Part shown: one piece after another, positions 61,269 through 64,000 of the stretch | How the letters are laid out: each line of letters opens with the position of its first letter | Position numbering within the stretch: the stretch's first letter is position 1 | DNA from: Phoronis australis | Taxonomy: Eukaryota; Animalia; Phoronida | DNA: 64,000 nucleotides | Direction: 5' to 3' | NCBI GenBank assembly: GCA_002633005.1 | Contig: NMRA01000382.1 | Location: forward strand, 252,307 to 316,306 | The notes under the pieces: generated by a model | Seen by the model: only the letters and a program-made list of their open reading frames with translations | What the model was told of the DNA's origin: nothing | Databases searched by the model: none | Position numbers and translations under genes: made by a program

Positions 61269-61510
61269 CAGGGGCCCGTTCCAGCAAAACTGACTTAGCT
61301 AAGACAAATCTTAAATTTTAATATAAAAGTTGAAGTTGTATCAAAACCAATTCAAGAAAGAGATTTTAAGTTTGATTTAAGTCTTTGACACAAGTTTTGT
61401 CCTAATTTCGACTAACTTGCCGAATGTGGAAGTTTCAAAGTTTGGAATTTAAGACAAATCTTAAACTTTAGAAAAAATGAACTCAAGTCATTTTTTGGAA
61501 CAGTCCCCTG
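61269..61510 (+). mobile_element. Non-autonomous TIR element, family C
   Basis: caggggcccgttcca...tggaacagtcccctg. Confidence 0.78.
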
Positions 61511-61512
61511 AA

Positions 61513-61721
61513 CATGCGCCCCCCCCCCCATTTAGCGGAGTGATCAAAAAGGTCCGCCTCAGAGAAACAAAAAGTCCAATAAAAAGGTGCGAACGCACAA
61601 TTCACAGCTCTGGACGTGGTACCCCGTTTTTATTTTAGTCCTTCGGCTGTTTTGTAGGTAAAAGGTCCACATCCTCAGAAATTCGAGCCCCTCCCCTCAT
61701 TAAAGGCTGGGTGGGCGCATG
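61513..61721 (+). mobile_element. MITE family B, 5-bp TSD CTGAA, inserted at the end of a family C element
   Basis: catgcgccc...ctgggtgggcgcatg with ctgaa/ctgaa; shares aaaaaggtccgcctcaga with the 27468 copy. Confidence 0.85.
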
Positions 61722-64000
61722 CTGAACTTCTATCTGCTCCTGTAAAATCAAGTGATCATTCCAGATGACGCGTGTGTGTCTCCTGGCGATGCCGCCGCGA
61801 TGACCGCTATCACCCAATCATTTGTGTACACGACGTTTCGCGTTATTCGCTTATTTATTTTGCTTAACAATTTTCAAAGCTAGTTGTCACAAAGCACTTT
61901 AGTTTTATTTGTCATGACCCTACTTCAGTTTAATGCACGTTCATTTATTTGTCGGCATAAAAGGAACTTGACTAAATTAGAGCTGCCTTCGTTTTGGGAA
62001 GTATGGGAACTATCTTTTGCAAGTATGTTCGAATTTTTTTGTCTGCCCGTGGGCCATCTGGTATGTCTTGCGGCACTATTTGCTTTCTACGTCAACACAT
62101 TTTGTGTTCACGTCATCACTACAGCTGTACATGCTTTGACGCTTTGCTTGCCGCGGCGAATGGCACTGGTAGAATTCACGGTTTATTCGATTGCCGTGGA
62201 TTTTCTGGTGTCATACATTGCGGCCCTTGCTTACAACACTGTGCGCATGTTTCCGTTCTCGTTTCTGTTCGCTTTATTTGCACCATTGGATTTTGTTTTA
62301 CCTCATTCTCTCACGAATTGTTCCTGCTGAGCGCTTATTTACGTCCACTATTTCATTTTCTTACGTCGCCTCGACCTACAATCTCTTCGATCTTTGAGTA
62401 AATTTAATCTGCTAACAGTCGCAATCCATTATGAAATGTGTTTGCCGTTCTCGCTAGTTCCTGATGGTGAGGAAGTTTTGTGGTGCTGGTGCCTTAAGTA
62501 GTCGTTGATTCCGAACCATTCATCGCTCACAACGGCATATAGATGCGAAGGGTAAATTCGCACCATGATATCCGAAGAGGGCGTTCAATCCAAAATATCT
62601 TCGGAGATCTAACTTGTTGCTCCAACATTTTGTGTCTAACGCGCGCGAATGTCTCCGGTTTGAACAGTTCTTGGCACTGGTAGAATTCACTGAGTAAATC
62701 TGACTTTCAGTGATTCCGCGGTGTCAAATACTGAGCACCATTTTCACTGTTCGGTTGGGTTCTTTTGTCGCATTAGGTCTTTTAAAGCTGAAAGGGATAT
62801 TTTGCAGTTGTTAAACTGTCAAATTTATGTTCTTAACCGAAGCGCTTCCGGGTTTATAAACATTACGTCTCTCATCCAGAATTGCTGCCGAATGTGCCGG
62901 CACCTTTAGCAGTACATGTGTCATTTGCGAAATCACTTTATACATGTAGGGTTGGCCAACTCCAGTAAACTATGGGGCGTAATCTCGATACTTGATTGGC
63001 TGGGTGTCTCTGTGTTCTTGCTGGTAACGGCAATAGAATCTATTCCTGGTTGGAAATTTTAACATTGGTTTATGAGAATGAAAGCTGTTTCGATGTCTCA
63101 TCTGCTGTTGGTTTCATGGAGAGAAGTTCTTTTGAAAAGTTCATATCATAGCATTGTCAAATCGGTGAGTGGGAGTCGTGGAAGGGGACAGTTTACGTGG
63201 GGTAGGAAACAACCTTACACGTCATTGGTTGAAACGCTTGTAGCTCAAACTCGATCATTTCTTCTCGTTTCAGGACCGGTTAATTCCTTACAACTGAAGA
63301 AACGATGTCTAACCTTTGCTTGGGCTTACACCTAGAGGCTCATTCAAAGTTGATTATAACAGTCCGAACCCTCATCATCCAGTGCAATTCCAATGTTTTG
63401 TTATTAATGGTGTCTGTACTAGTAAAGAGCACAACTGTTATTTAGCTGAGGCAGGTGTTGTTTTCTTTTATAACATTAAACGGGTTAGAACCTTAAGTTA
63501 CATAATCGGCGACAAAGAAGCATGAATGAATGCCCATCCGCTGTGTTTTATGACTTCATTACAAAACGCAAATTCTTACATTTGCATGTCTTATATTCAA
63601 CGAAATCAAAGGTGGTGACTTTATTGGTTAAAAGGCCTTAAAATACTCTCGCCATTTGTCGAGGGGGGGGGTCATATCTTGCAGCATAGCCCAAGACTGC
63701 GATGGCAGGGTTTTTGCAGAACAGATATTGCGAAGAGGCTCATCTCTGGAAAATGTTCTCGCCCATAACTTTCCTTTGGTGGGTCCTTATTGACAAGTTT
63801 GCCCGTTTAGCCAAATAAGAACGCTGCTGTTTTATATAGTTAGCTGTTCTGGTCAAAGTTAACTGCAAAATGTTAAACAGTTTTAAGTTGTTTGAGGTCA
63901 GTTTTCTTGAGTATGGAGGATAAAATGATTGCACATTTTTGTGCTAATCCACCTACCTGCTTAAAAAATCCATACTCCACATTACAAAAACATAGCATGT

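Overview
Eukaryotic (invertebrate-like) genomic DNA from a draft assembly with N gaps; no prokaryotic genes, operons or CRISPR arrays. Two spliced genes can be rebuilt by hand from GT-AG sites and reading-frame phase. (1) A + strand CNBD2-like cyclic-nucleotide-binding protein (3027-27065; 13 exons plus a probable 9-nt microexon; about 796-799 aa). It has an RRxS-rich N-terminus, an intact CNB-A phosphate-binding cassette and a degenerate CNB-B split by a long insert. (2) A convergent - strand, 3-exon, GPI-type Ly6/uPAR three-finger protein with a 12-Cys LYPD6-like pattern (37032-30216, 146 aa). Two blocks (469 bp and about 1.46 kb, the latter holding CNBD2 exons 4-5) are repeated either side of single-N joins and are most likely haplotype false duplications. 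The rest is non-coding: two MITE families with 5-bp TSDs, other small TIR and hairpin repeats, microsatellites and a possible solo LTR. There are also weaker candidate spliced - strand units (one nested in CNBD2 intron 8, one at about 49.4-55.7 kb, one leaving the left edge). I found no strongly supported new biological system; the best leads are the microexon, the PKA-site array, the two candidate small-ORF transcripts and the 5-bp-TSD MITEs.
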